Assembly: GCA_965243395.1 (NCBI GenBank)
Contig: CBDEUS010000002.1
Coordinates: 32,001-96,000, forward strand
Origin: Gammaproteobacteria bacterium
GTDB lineage: Bacteria > Pseudomonadota > Gammaproteobacteria > UBA4575
Direction of reading: 5' to 3'
DNA length: 64,000 bases
Positions 19,842 to 29,253 of this stretch are shown piece by piece; the stretch's first letter is position 1, and each line of letters starts with the position of its first letter. Below the pieces are notes generated by a model. It did no database searches, had not been told where the DNA came from, and worked only from the letters and a program-made list of their open reading frames with translations. Both the position numbers and the translations under genes were made by a program.

Positions 19842-20735
19842 GTGAACGCAACCTTAACAGCAACTAGAAATGTTTTAAGTGATTTTGTTGAGATCTGCAA
19901 ACCTCGTATTGCATTATTAGTTTTGGTAACCACTTTTTCAGGAATGTGGTTAGCAAGTAGTGCCAACTTATCCTTTGATCTTATCTTCTTAACTTTACTC
20001 GGAACTGGACTGGCTTCGGCGGCAAGTGGAGCATTTAATAATTATGTTGATCGCGAAGTAGATAAACTTATGGCGCGTACGCGCACTCGTGCCCTACCCT
20101 GCTCACGTCTACACCCTCAACAAGCTTTATGGTTGGGCGTAATGTTAAGTCTGTGGTCATTCGCAATTCTTTTCTATTTAGTCAATCCACTGACTGCTTT
20201 TTTAGTTCAAGCAACTACATTTTTTTATGTTGTGATCTACACCATGTGGTTGAAACGCACGTCTCCACTGTGTACTGAAGTTGGTGGCGTTGCCGGTGCG
20301 ATGCCACCCGTAATTGGCTGGGCTGCAGTAACCAATGAAATTGCATGGCCCGCACTAGTGATGTTTTTAATAATGTTTATTTGGCAACCTCCACATTTTT
20401 GGGCATTAGCATTATTGCGAAAAGATGAGTATCGAAAAGCAAATTTACCGATGTTGCCCGTAGTTAGCGGTGATCGCGCCACTAAAATTCGAATGTTGCT
20501 TTATACCATCGCCTTAGTGCCAGCAAGCTTAGCGATGTACTACTTAGATCTAGTTGGACCTACTTATTTAGTTTTAGCGTTAATACTAGGCATTGCATAT
20601 TTGGTTTTAACTATAGACTTTGCACGCAAACCGATTACACATAAAAGCACTCGAAAATTATTTGGGTTTTCGATTTTGTACTTATTAGGTTTATTCACAT
20701 TAATTTTTATTGATTGCCAATGTTATGTTGGATAG
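19842..20735 (+). CDS. ctaB: Heme O synthase (protoheme IX farnesyltransferase), copy 1
   Basis: KPRI, NNYVDREVDKLMARTRTR, YTMWLKR, WQPPHFWAL, EYRKA..PMLP. Confidence 0.94.
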   Translation: MNATLTATRNVLSDFVEICKPRIALLVLVTTFSGMWLASSANLSFDLIFLTLLGTGLASAASGAFNNYVDREVDKLMARTRTRALPCSRLHPQQALWLGVMLSLWSFAILFYLVNPLTAFLVQATTFFYVVIYTMWLKRTSPLCTEVGGVAGAMPPVIGWAAVTNEIAWPALVMFLIMFIWQPPHFWALALLRKDEYRKANLPMLPVVSGDRATKIRMLLYTIALVPASLAMYYLDLVGPTYLVLALILGIAYLVLTIDFARKPITHKSTRKLFGFSILYLLGLFTLIFIDCQCYVG

Positions 20736-20792
20736 GACAGTAGGGGCTTGTCTGATTACATATTAAAAAGTTTGAAATAGGGAGTAACTGAT

Positions 20793-22151
20793 ATGGCTGT
20801 TGCCATTATTTTAATATTACTTGTTGTCGGATCTGTAATTTTCCATTTTATGAGCCCGTGGTATTTCACGGAACTTGCTTCTAATTGGGGTGCAATTGAC
20901 ACCACAGTGACGATCACTTTTGTTGTGTGCGGAATTGTATTCGTGTTAGCCAATTTATTTATGGCGTATTGCATAATTAAGTTTCGCAATAAGAGTAAAG
21001 ATCAACGCGCGGCCTACGAACCAGAAAATAAGAAACTTGAAGCATGGTTAACTGTGATCACAACAATAGGTGTAGTCGCGATGCTTGCTCCGGGCCTTGT
21101 GGTTTGGGCAAAATTTGTATCCCCGCCTGTTGATGCCAACATTGTTGAAGCAGTAGGACAACAATGGCAATGGAGTTTTCGCTTACCCGGCAAGGATCAG
21201 CGCTTAGGCACAGTGGATGCCAAAAAAATAAGCATCGATAATCCATTTGGAATGAATGCAGATGATCCATATGGACAGGACGACATTTTAATTCCAGGAA
21301 ATGAACTACACATACCGCTCAACCAAGCCGTTAAATTTAACCTACGTTCCAAAGACGTTTTACATAATTTCACCGTTCCACAATTTCGCGTAAAAATGGA
21401 TTTGGTTCCTGGCATGGTGACATGGCAGTGGCTAACACCAACACGTGTAGGTGAATTTGAAATACTTTGTGAAGAACTTTGCGGCATTGGTCACCACACA
21501 ATGCGTGGCAAAGTGGTTGTTGACGAAGAAAAAGATTATCAAGCATGGTTATCGCAACAGAAAACCTATGCCCAATTCCTAGCTGAAAAAGAAATTCATG
21601 CCGATGTCGCTGCGGGCAAAGCACTTTATCAAGTTTGTGCTTCGTGCCATGGGCTAGAAGGTGAAGGTAATCCTGCTCTCAATTCTCCTAAGATCAGTGG
21701 TCAAGAGACTTGGTACCTTAAAAGACAGTTAGGGTATTTCAAACACGGGATTCGTGGCAGTGATCCTAATGATACCTATGGTGCACAAATGGCACCCATG
21801 GCAGCAACGCTTGTTGATGATGCTGCAATGAACAACATAGCGGCCTACATACAAACTCTTCCCGACAACCCCGCACCTCAAACTATTAAAGGTGATGCTG
21901 AAAAAGGCAAAAGACTTTATGTCACTTGTGGTAAATGTCATGGCAAGAGTGCTGAAGGTAGATGGGCCGTTAATGCACCGCGGATAAAGGGCATGAGCGA
22001 TTGGTATTTGCTCACTCAACTTCAAAACTTTAAACAAGGATTACGTGGTGCACATCCTGGCGATGTCACGGGTAGGCAGATGGAATCTATGGTGCTGAGT
22101 TTAAGTGATGAAAAAATGCATGATGTGATTGCATACATTAATTCTTTATAA
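20793..22151 (+). CDS. coxB: Heme-copper oxidase subunit II (CuA) with two fused C-terminal cytochrome c domains (CoxM-like)
   Basis: DVLHNF and CEELCGIGHHTM CuA ligands; heme c motifs CASCH and CGKCH. Confidence 0.95.
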   Translation: MAVAIILILLVVGSVIFHFMSPWYFTELASNWGAIDTTVTITFVVCGIVFVLANLFMAYCIIKFRNKSKDQRAAYEPENKKLEAWLTVITTIGVVAMLAPGLVVWAKFVSPPVDANIVEAVGQQWQWSFRLPGKDQRLGTVDAKKISIDNPFGMNADDPYGQDDILIPGNELHIPLNQAVKFNLRSKDVLHNFTVPQFRVKMDLVPGMVTWQWLTPTRVGEFEILCEELCGIGHHTMRGKVVVDEEKDYQAWLSQQKTYAQFLAEKEIHADVAAGKALYQVCASCHGLEGEGNPALNSPKISGQETWYLKRQLGYFKHGIRGSDPNDTYGAQMAPMAATLVDDAAMNNIAAYIQTLPDNPAPQTIKGDAEKGKRLYVTCGKCHGKSAEGRWAVNAPRIKGMSDWYLLTQLQNFKQGLRGAHPGDVTGRQMESMVLSLSDEKMHDVIAYINSL

Positions 22152-22195
22152 ATTTTTTAGTAACAAGTAAATAGTAGAGTAACGAGGTAAATAAG

Positions 22196-23941
22196 ATGGC
22201 ACACGTTGCACTCGCCGACGAAGGTCAAGCGCTTCATCATCCTAAAACGTGGATTGGAACCTACGTATGGAGCCAAGATCATAAAGTAATAGGCATTCAA
22301 TACATATTAACTGCAACTGCAGTAGGTGTAGTCGCGCTCGTGCTATCCGGCATGATGCGTTTACAACTGGGTTTCCCAGGGGTATTTGATTTAATTCAAC
22401 CGGATGAATATTACCAAGCCGTGACTATGCACGGCATGATCATGATTGTATTCATGCTTACGGCATTTTTCCTGGGTGGTTTTGGCAACATACTGGTGCC
22501 GTTAATGTGCGGAGCTCGGGATATGGCCTTTCCGTATATGAATATGCTCAGCTATTGGGTGTATTTATTATCTGTAATTGTTGTATGTGCAAGTTTCTTT
22601 GTACCCGAAGGTCCTACTGGAGCAGGTTGGACACTCTACCCGCCTCAAGCTGTCACGGAAGGTACAGCCGGTGCCGACTGGGGAATTGTTTGTATGACGG
22701 TGTCTTTGGGTTTATTCGTTGTCGCGTTCACTATGGGCGGTTTGAACTACGTGACGACTGCATTTCAGGCTCGTACACGCGGTATGACTCTTATGCGTAT
22801 GCCTTTGTCAGTATGGGGCATCATCATGGCAACAATTTTAGGTCTGCTTGCATTTCCTGCTTTGTTAGTAAGCGTAATTATGATGACGCTAGACAAAATG
22901 TTAGGTACAAGCTTTTTTATCCCCGCAATTTCTTCCTTAGGTGAAAACCTAAGTCATGAAGGTGGTAGCCCGATTTTATTCCAACACTTGTTCTGGTTCT
23001 TTGGGCATCCCGAAGTGTACATTGTTGCATTACCTGCTTTCGGTATCGTTTCTGACTTGGTCAGTACTCATGCGCGTAAAAATATATTTGGTTTCCGCAT
23101 GATGGTATGGGCTTTAGTTGCGATTGGTGGTTTAAGTTTCATTGTATGGGCACACCATATGTACGTCAGTGGTATGAACCCGTATTTCGGATTTTTCTTT
23201 GCCACAACAACATTAATTATTGCGGTTCCGACGGCGATCAAAGTCTATAACTGGGTGCTGACGTTGTGGCAAGGCAACATTCATTTGAATGTGCCGATGT
23301 TATTTGCCATTGGCTTTATCTTTACCTTTATTCATGGCGGCATCACGGGTTTATTCCTCGGTAATGTGGTTGTAGACGTTCCTCTGTCTGATACCTATTT
23401 TGTAGTGGGACACTTTCATATGGTCATGGGAGTATCACCGTTCTTAGTTGTATTTGGTGGAATTTATCACTGGTTTCCGTTGCTCACTGGACGCATGTTG
23501 AATGACACCATGGGCAAGATTCACTTCTGGATGACCTTCTTAGGCACCTATGCCATTTACTTACCAATGCACTACATTGGCATTTTAGGTGTACCACGTC
23601 GTTACTTTGCCAATGGTTCGACAGAATTCTTACCTGAATCTGTTCAGACAGCGAATGTGAGCATTACGATTGCTGCATTAGTTGTAGGTACGGCGCAATT
23701 CTTATTCTTGGTTAACATCTTCTGGAGCATCTTCAAAGGCAAGCGAGCAGAAAAGAACCCTTGGCGTGCCACCTCACTGGAATGGCAAACACCGGACATG
23801 CCTCCTAAACATGGTAACTGGGGACCAGAACTTCCTGTAGTCCATCGTTGGGCATATTCCTACAGTGTTCCAGGCGCACGTGAAGACTTCATTCCGCAAA
23901 CGGAAGAACCAAGTGAAAATACTAAAGGTGATGTGCACTAG
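22196..23941 (+). CDS. coxA: Heme-copper oxidase subunit I, A1 type (CoxN-like)
   Basis: QDHK D-channel, TMHG, WFFGHPEVY, WAHHM, IAVPTAIK K-channel, HFHM. Confidence 0.96.
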   Translation: MAHVALADEGQALHHPKTWIGTYVWSQDHKVIGIQYILTATAVGVVALVLSGMMRLQLGFPGVFDLIQPDEYYQAVTMHGMIMIVFMLTAFFLGGFGNILVPLMCGARDMAFPYMNMLSYWVYLLSVIVVCASFFVPEGPTGAGWTLYPPQAVTEGTAGADWGIVCMTVSLGLFVVAFTMGGLNYVTTAFQARTRGMTLMRMPLSVWGIIMATILGLLAFPALLVSVIMMTLDKMLGTSFFIPAISSLGENLSHEGGSPILFQHLFWFFGHPEVYIVALPAFGIVSDLVSTHARKNIFGFRMMVWALVAIGGLSFIVWAHHMYVSGMNPYFGFFFATTTLIIAVPTAIKVYNWVLTLWQGNIHLNVPMLFAIGFIFTFIHGGITGLFLGNVVVDVPLSDTYFVVGHFHMVMGVSPFLVVFGGIYHWFPLLTGRMLNDTMGKIHFWMTFLGTYAIYLPMHYIGILGVPRRYFANGSTEFLPESVQTANVSITIAALVVGTAQFLFLVNIFWSIFKGKRAEKNPWRATSLEWQTPDMPPKHGNWGPELPVVHRWAYSYSVPGAREDFIPQTEEPSENTKGDVH

Positions 23942-23943
23942 TC

Positions 23944-24609
23944 ATGACCGCAACACTCATCTTTCTAGCAGTAATAATGGGCGGAGTCGTAATATGGCTC
24001 ATTCGCCAAACGATCAATGTGCAACCCTGGGCTGAAGAAGGGCCAATAGGTCAACATCATGCGGGAGGCGCATTTTCTATTCCTGCTGCAAAAATTGGTT
24101 TAGTTGTATTTCTTGCGGTAGCAAGCTCGTTATTTTCATTATTTATCAGTGCTTACTTTCAACGCATGGAGTATGGAGACTGGACACCATTACCTGAACC
24201 AGGTTTGTTGTGGATAAACACTGGCATGCTTGTTCTGGCCAGTGTGTTCTTTCAACGCGCACGTAATGCTGCAATTAAAAGTTTAGCTAGAAATGTGAAA
24301 TCGAATTTAATGATTGCAGGTTTATTTACTTTTGCATTTATTGCTAGCCAGCTGTGGGTCTGGAAAGGACTACACGATGCAGGCTTTTTCTTAACCAGCA
24401 ATCCTGCCAATTCGTTCTTTTATGTGCTTACCGCCATTCATGCTTTACATATCTTGGGTGGTTTGTGGGTATGGAGTAAATCGGTTTTCAAACTTCAAAC
24501 TAATGCTGAAGTTCACAAAGTTCGTATGAGTGTCGAACTATGCGCAATTTACTGGCACTTTTTATTACTAGTTTGGTTAGTGCTATTTGCACTACTGTTA
24601 TCAACCTAA
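23944..24609 (+). CDS. Cytochrome c oxidase subunit III family (CoxO-like)
   Basis: FFYVLTAIHALHILGG, YWHFLLLVW. Confidence 0.9.
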   Translation: MTATLIFLAVIMGGVVIWLIRQTINVQPWAEEGPIGQHHAGGAFSIPAAKIGLVVFLAVASSLFSLFISAYFQRMEYGDWTPLPEPGLLWINTGMLVLASVFFQRARNAAIKSLARNVKSNLMIAGLFTFAFIASQLWVWKGLHDAGFFLTSNPANSFFYVLTAIHALHILGGLWVWSKSVFKLQTNAEVHKVRMSVELCAIYWHFLLLVWLVLFALLLST

Positions 24610-24632
24610 ATTTTCAAAAGGAATAACAAAAC

Positions 24633-25307
24633 ATGTCAAGTTCAGGACAAGTCACAGATCAAGGTGTAGTGAATGATCTGGTAGACGATTGGGCAGAAGA
24701 AAAAGAAGTCTTTAAGGTTCATTGGGGCAAAGCCATGATGTGGATCTTTCTGTTAAGTGACACATTTATTTTTACTTCATTCCTTACCGGTTATATGAAA
24801 GTTCGTGCGAGCTCTACGATCCCATGGCCAAATGCAAGCGAGATCTTTGCGTTGAGTTTTGGTGGAGACCCTATTCCATTAATCTTGATTGCGATCATGA
24901 CATTTGTACTTATTACCAGTAGTGGCACGATGGCGCTTGCGGTGAACTATGGTTACCGTCGAGACCGTGGGAAAACAGCAACGCTATTATTTATAACTGC
25001 CGCCTTCGGACTTTTATTTGTTGGCATGCAAGCATTTGAGTGGACCAAGCTTATTGTTGATGAAGGCGTACGTCCCTGGGGTAATCCATTTGGTGCACCA
25101 CAGTTTGGTGCCTGCTTTTTTATGATTACGGGATTTCACGGGGCTCATGTATCAGGTGGTGTCATCTACCTAACCTACGTTGCCATTGGCGTGCTCAATG
25201 GTCGCTATGAGAAAAAAGGCTATGACATTGTTGAGATATGTGGCCTGTATTGGCACTTCGTGGATTTGGTTTGGGTATTTATTTTTGCATTCTTTTATCT
25301 TTGGTGA
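24633..25307 (+). CDS. Cytochrome c oxidase subunit III family (CoxP-like)
   Basis: MWIFLLSD, FFMITGFHGAHV, GLYWHFVDLVW. Confidence 0.92.
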   Translation: MSSSGQVTDQGVVNDLVDDWAEEKEVFKVHWGKAMMWIFLLSDTFIFTSFLTGYMKVRASSTIPWPNASEIFALSFGGDPIPLILIAIMTFVLITSSGTMALAVNYGYRRDRGKTATLLFITAAFGLLFVGMQAFEWTKLIVDEGVRPWGNPFGAPQFGACFFMITGFHGAHVSGGVIYLTYVAIGVLNGRYEKKGYDIVEICGLYWHFVDLVWVFIFAFFYLW

Positions 25308-25316
25308 GGTATAACC

Positions 25317-25682
25317 ATGTCAGCATCAAAATCAGGACACCAAGAACATCCTCTTAGCATTTATCTTTGGATTTGGGTCTTATTGTTCGTGCTTAGCACA
25401 TTTTCTTATATGGTAGATTATTACCAGCTACAAGGTGCCTTGCGCTGGAACCTCATCATCATCTTTATGATGCTAAAAGCAGGTTTCATTGTTGCAATCT
25501 TCATGCATATGACCTGGGAGCGCATCACCTTGATCACCGCTATCTTGGTACCTCCGCTATGCCTGCTGGTTTTAATAGTGTTGATGTCAATTGAAGGTCA
25601 ATACACACATAAGTCTAGAGCTACTTTCTTTGGCCTCGAAGAAGCGCCCGTTGTTGAACATCATGGCGAGAAGAGTCATTAA
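25317..25682 (+). CDS. Cytochrome c oxidase subunit IV family
   Basis: Three TM helices, KAGFIVAIFMHMTWE. Confidence 0.88.
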   Translation: MSASKSGHQEHPLSIYLWIWVLLFVLSTFSYMVDYYQLQGALRWNLIIIFMMLKAGFIVAIFMHMTWERITLITAILVPPLCLLVLIVLMSIEGQYTHKSRATFFGLEEAPVVEHHGEKSH

Positions 25683-25762
25683 TTGCGGACTCATATTTTT
25701 TATTCAACTTAATTACGTAACGGTGTATTCTTAATTGATAATTCATTCATAATTAGAAATCT

Positions 25763-26371
25763 ATAATTCGCCCTTTCCGTAATATTCTCATTTGCTACAT
25801 CTGTAGCATCTTTATTTGCACAAATGCATTTGCGCATGGGGGCGTGTTTCTTGAAGATGATATTTGTGTTATTCAAATTGATTTCTTTCAAGCACATTTC
25901 ACAATCTATCAACCTCAAATCACTCAGCATGAGGAATTTTGTGAGGATATTCCTGAAATTGGAGATACAATTTTTGTAATGGAATATCTACATGATGGCT
26001 TAAGAGAAATGCCCATAGATTTTCGCATTATCAAAGACACACAAAAGTTAGGGCGTTTTGCAAAATTAGAAGACGTTGAGAAAATCGAAAATCTCGATTC
26101 ACATACTGTTCTTTATCAACCCCCGCAAACCGGACCTGATGGCATCTACTTAGCCAAGTACGACTTCTTGGAAGAAGGCTATTACATTGGTATTGTAAGT
26201 GCTGAACGATTGAGCGATGGAATGGTCTACACGGCTGTATTCCCTTTTCAAGTTGGTAGCAATAGTTGGGGATATATACCTTTAATAATTATTATTGCTA
26301 TCTTTTTACAACTTAATTACTGGCTAATGAGCGGAGGTTTTGCGCGTTTACGCAAAATATTTTCATCATGA
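25763..26371 (+). CDS. PmoD/AmoD-like periplasmic copper-binding protein with C-terminal TM anchor
   Basis: In-frame signal peptide ending AFA|HGG upstream of GTG 25844; C..., YQP, EEFCEDIP.G.TI, RI, G.YIGIV, FPFQVG, C-terminal TM, all recalled PmoD/AmoD hallmarks; start codon uncertain. Confidence 0.72.
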   Translation: MIRPFRNILICYICSIFICTNAFAHGGVFLEDDICVIQIDFFQAHFTIYQPQITQHEEFCEDIPEIGDTIFVMEYLHDGLREMPIDFRIIKDTQKLGRFAKLEDVEKIENLDSHTVLYQPPQTGPDGIYLAKYDFLEEGYYIGIVSAERLSDGMVYTAVFPFQVGSNSWGYIPLIIIIAIFLQLNYWLMSGGFARLRKIFSS

Positions 26372-26763
26372 AATTTGCAAATATCATAGTTCTATTATTC
26401 GTAAGTTTTTCTGTTTTGGCTAATACCAATATAGAAGCTACCAAGGAATCAAATAATCAACTATTTAAAGTTAGTTTTATAAGCAAAGCAGATCCAATCA
26501 AAATTAATAAAATACATACATGGATTATTCATATCGAAGACATAAATGGTAACAATATCGAAGATGCAACTATTACTGTAGATGGTGGTATGCCGGCACA
26601 TGACCATGGGCTCCCTACACAACCACAAATAACAAAGCATTTAGGTGATGGCCGCTATTTACTCGAAGGTATGAAATTCCATATGTTGGGATACTGGACC
26701 GTAACCATATCTATTTCCCATGGCAACCTAAGCGATGAAGTAACTTTTGAATTAAATTTTTAA
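26368..26763 (+). CDS. YtkA/FixH-like secreted Ig-fold protein
   Basis: Signal peptide; GGMPAHDHGLP, G.YLLEG.KFHM.G.W; ATGA overlap with the upstream gene. Confidence 0.8.
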   Translation: MKFANIIVLLFVSFSVLANTNIEATKESNNQLFKVSFISKADPIKINKIHTWIIHIEDINGNNIEDATITVDGGMPAHDHGLPTQPQITKHLGDGRYLLEGMKFHMLGYWTVTISISHGNLSDEVTFELNF

Positions 26764-26772
26764 ACTTGATTC

Positions 26773-28056
26773 ATGAGTTTTATAAACCTTCCCAGAATCC
26801 AATACATCATTTTTGCTCTAGTTATTTTATTAGTTGCTTATTGGCTAGTATCAAATAAAAATTCTAAAATCGATTGGTCTGCAGAAGAAATAAAAGTTTT
26901 AAATACTTTATCTTTAGACAGCATAGATAAACTACCTAAAAGTCACAGCAATATCGTTGCTGATAATCCTGCTGCTGCAGAATTAGGTTGGTTGCTCTTT
27001 TTTGACGAGCGCTTGAGTCATAACGGCAAAGTTTCCTGTGCAACCTGCCATATTCCGGAACTTAAATTCACTGACGGCTTAAAAACTGCAGCGGGTGCCC
27101 AAGCAGGTTTACGCAATACCAATACACTAATTGGTGTTGCATACAGTCCTTGGCAATTTTGGGATGGACGCAAAGATAGCCTGTGGTCACAAGCATTATC
27201 ACCTTTGGAAAATGAATTGGAGCATGCAGGCACGCGAACACAATTTATTCATATCATTTCCAATGATGAAAATTACAAAAAAAAGTATCAACATTTGTTT
27301 GGACCGTTGCCTGATTTTTCAGACCCAACTCGTTTCCCCAAGTCTGCTGGCCCTATTAACAATAAAAATATTAATCAAGCTTGGCAAAAAATGGCAAGTG
27401 AAGATAAAAATTTGGTTACCAATGTATTTGTGAATATCGCGAAAGTAATTGAAGCATATGAACGACTACTGCTTCCAGGTCGAAGTAGATTTGACGATTA
27501 TGTACAGGGTGTAGTTGAAAATAATACTGAAAAATTAACTGCACTCTCCAAAGATGAAGCTCGAGGACTAAAATTATTCATTGGCAAAGCACAATGTATT
27601 AATTGTCATAACGGGCCTTTGTTTACCAATAATGAATTTCATAATACCGCTATACTTTCCCCTACTCGTCAACTGCCGAGCATAGGTAGAGTTGAAGGTG
27701 TCCGTAAAGTATTTGATGATCCGTTTAACTGTCTAGGACAACATAGTGATGCAGAAAAAAATCAATGCGCTGACTTACGCTTTGCAAAATCAGGGGACGA
27801 ATTAATTGGCGCCCACAAAGTGCCCACGCTAAGAAATGTCGTGGAAACAGCCCCCTATATGTATGCTGGACAATTAGAAACGCTTGAAGAAGTAATTGAA
27901 CATTACGATAGCGCACCGCTGGCAATGATTGGCCATAATGAAAGTAAACCACTTGAACTAAGTAACAAAGAAAAAAAACAACTCGAGCTATTTTTATCTA
28001 GCTTATCTAGCCCATTAGCCACAGATCCTAAGTGGCTTAAAAACCCTCATTTATGA
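26773..28056 (+). CDS. Di-heme cytochrome c peroxidase / MauG-MbnH superfamily protein, N-terminally anchored
   Basis: LFFDERLS..GKVSCATCH, QFWDGR, CINCHNGP, KVPTLRNV..TAPYM. Confidence 0.9.
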   Translation: MSFINLPRIQYIIFALVILLVAYWLVSNKNSKIDWSAEEIKVLNTLSLDSIDKLPKSHSNIVADNPAAAELGWLLFFDERLSHNGKVSCATCHIPELKFTDGLKTAAGAQAGLRNTNTLIGVAYSPWQFWDGRKDSLWSQALSPLENELEHAGTRTQFIHIISNDENYKKKYQHLFGPLPDFSDPTRFPKSAGPINNKNINQAWQKMASEDKNLVTNVFVNIAKVIEAYERLLLPGRSRFDDYVQGVVENNTEKLTALSKDEARGLKLFIGKAQCINCHNGPLFTNNEFHNTAILSPTRQLPSIGRVEGVRKVFDDPFNCLGQHSDAEKNQCADLRFAKSGDELIGAHKVPTLRNVVETAPYMYAGQLETLEEVIEHYDSAPLAMIGHNESKPLELSNKEKKQLELFLSSLSSPLATDPKWLKNPHL

Positions 28057-28215
28057 AAAGAAAGCACTAAGCTATTGCTAAAGAAATAGTCATAGGGCTC
28101 AAACAATCTATCCTGTTAAAGATATAATTTTGTTCAACAATTTCTTACTATTAAATGAGTAATATCACATAGATTAATATTCATACTATCCCTCCTTTAT
28201 TGCGGAGCTTATAAA

Positions 28216-29112
28216 TTGAACGCCACTATTACTGCGGTTCGCACACAAGCAAGTGACTTTTTTGAACTGTGTAAACCACGAATTGCTTTACTGGTCTTAC
28301 TTACCACTTTTACGGGTATGTGGTTAGCTGGCGGCGGTTCTGTACCACTTGAACTAGTTATTTATACTTTACTTGGAACCGGTCTTGCCTCTGCTTCGAG
28401 CGGCGCATTAAATAACTATGTAGATCGTGAAGTAGATAAGCTGATGGCACGCACACGTACACGCGCCTTACCTTCAGCTAGGCTTTTCCCACAACAAGCG
28501 CTATGGCTGGGAGGATTATTAAGCATTTCATCTTTTGTAATCCTGTTTTATTTAGTTAACCCACTAACAGCTTATTTGGCATTGGGCACAACATTTTTCT
28601 ATGTAGTGATCTATACCATCTGGCTGAAACGTATCACGCCATTGTGCACAGAAATCGGCGGTGTAGCAGGTGCACTTCCTCCTGTGATTGGTTGGGCGGC
28701 AGTCACCAACGATATAAGTTGGCAAGCCATGGTAATGTTTATCATCATGTTTATATGGCAGCCGCCACACTTTTGGGCTTTAGCATTATTGCGGGCTGAA
28801 GAATATCGACGTGCGAAATTACCTATGCTGCCAGTCGTAAGTGGTATGGAAATTACTAAATTTCGAATGCTGTTATATACCATCGTACTCATTCCTATAA
28901 GTACAATGATGTTTTGGCTTAACTTAACAGGGCCTGTCTATTTAACTGCAGCATTAGTACTTGGCGCAATTTACTTATTTATCACTATTGATTTTGCGCG
29001 CAAACCAATCACCCACCAAAGCACTAAACGATTGTTTGGCTATTCAATAATATATTTATGCGGCTTATTTGTATTTATTTTTGCAGATTGTCAATGTAAT
29101 TCTGCGCTGTAA
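28216..29112 (+). CDS. ctaB: Heme O synthase, copy 2
   Basis: Same motifs as copy 1 (NNYVDREVDKLMARTRTRALP, WQPPHFWALALLR); GGAG SD, TTG start. Confidence 0.93.
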   Translation: MNATITAVRTQASDFFELCKPRIALLVLLTTFTGMWLAGGGSVPLELVIYTLLGTGLASASSGALNNYVDREVDKLMARTRTRALPSARLFPQQALWLGGLLSISSFVILFYLVNPLTAYLALGTTFFYVVIYTIWLKRITPLCTEIGGVAGALPPVIGWAAVTNDISWQAMVMFIIMFIWQPPHFWALALLRAEEYRRAKLPMLPVVSGMEITKFRMLLYTIVLIPISTMMFWLNLTGPVYLTAALVLGAIYLFITIDFARKPITHQSTKRLFGYSIIYLCGLFVFIFADCQCNSAL

Positions 29113-29253
29113 TTTACATTTACAGCAACAAAGTCATATTCTCTTGATGGCAACATCCATCACTCTCAATTCTTAAAGCATTTTCTAAGAATTTTAGTTT
29201 CAAGAATAATAGCCGATATAGTCATATCAGCTTAACTACCTGCCACTAAAATT

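Noticed and set aside
26773-28056. Calling the di-heme protein MauG or MbnH specifically
   Set aside because: No mau genes or recognisable MbnP-like partner in the window, and the second heme's axial ligand cannot be assigned by eye; left at superfamily level
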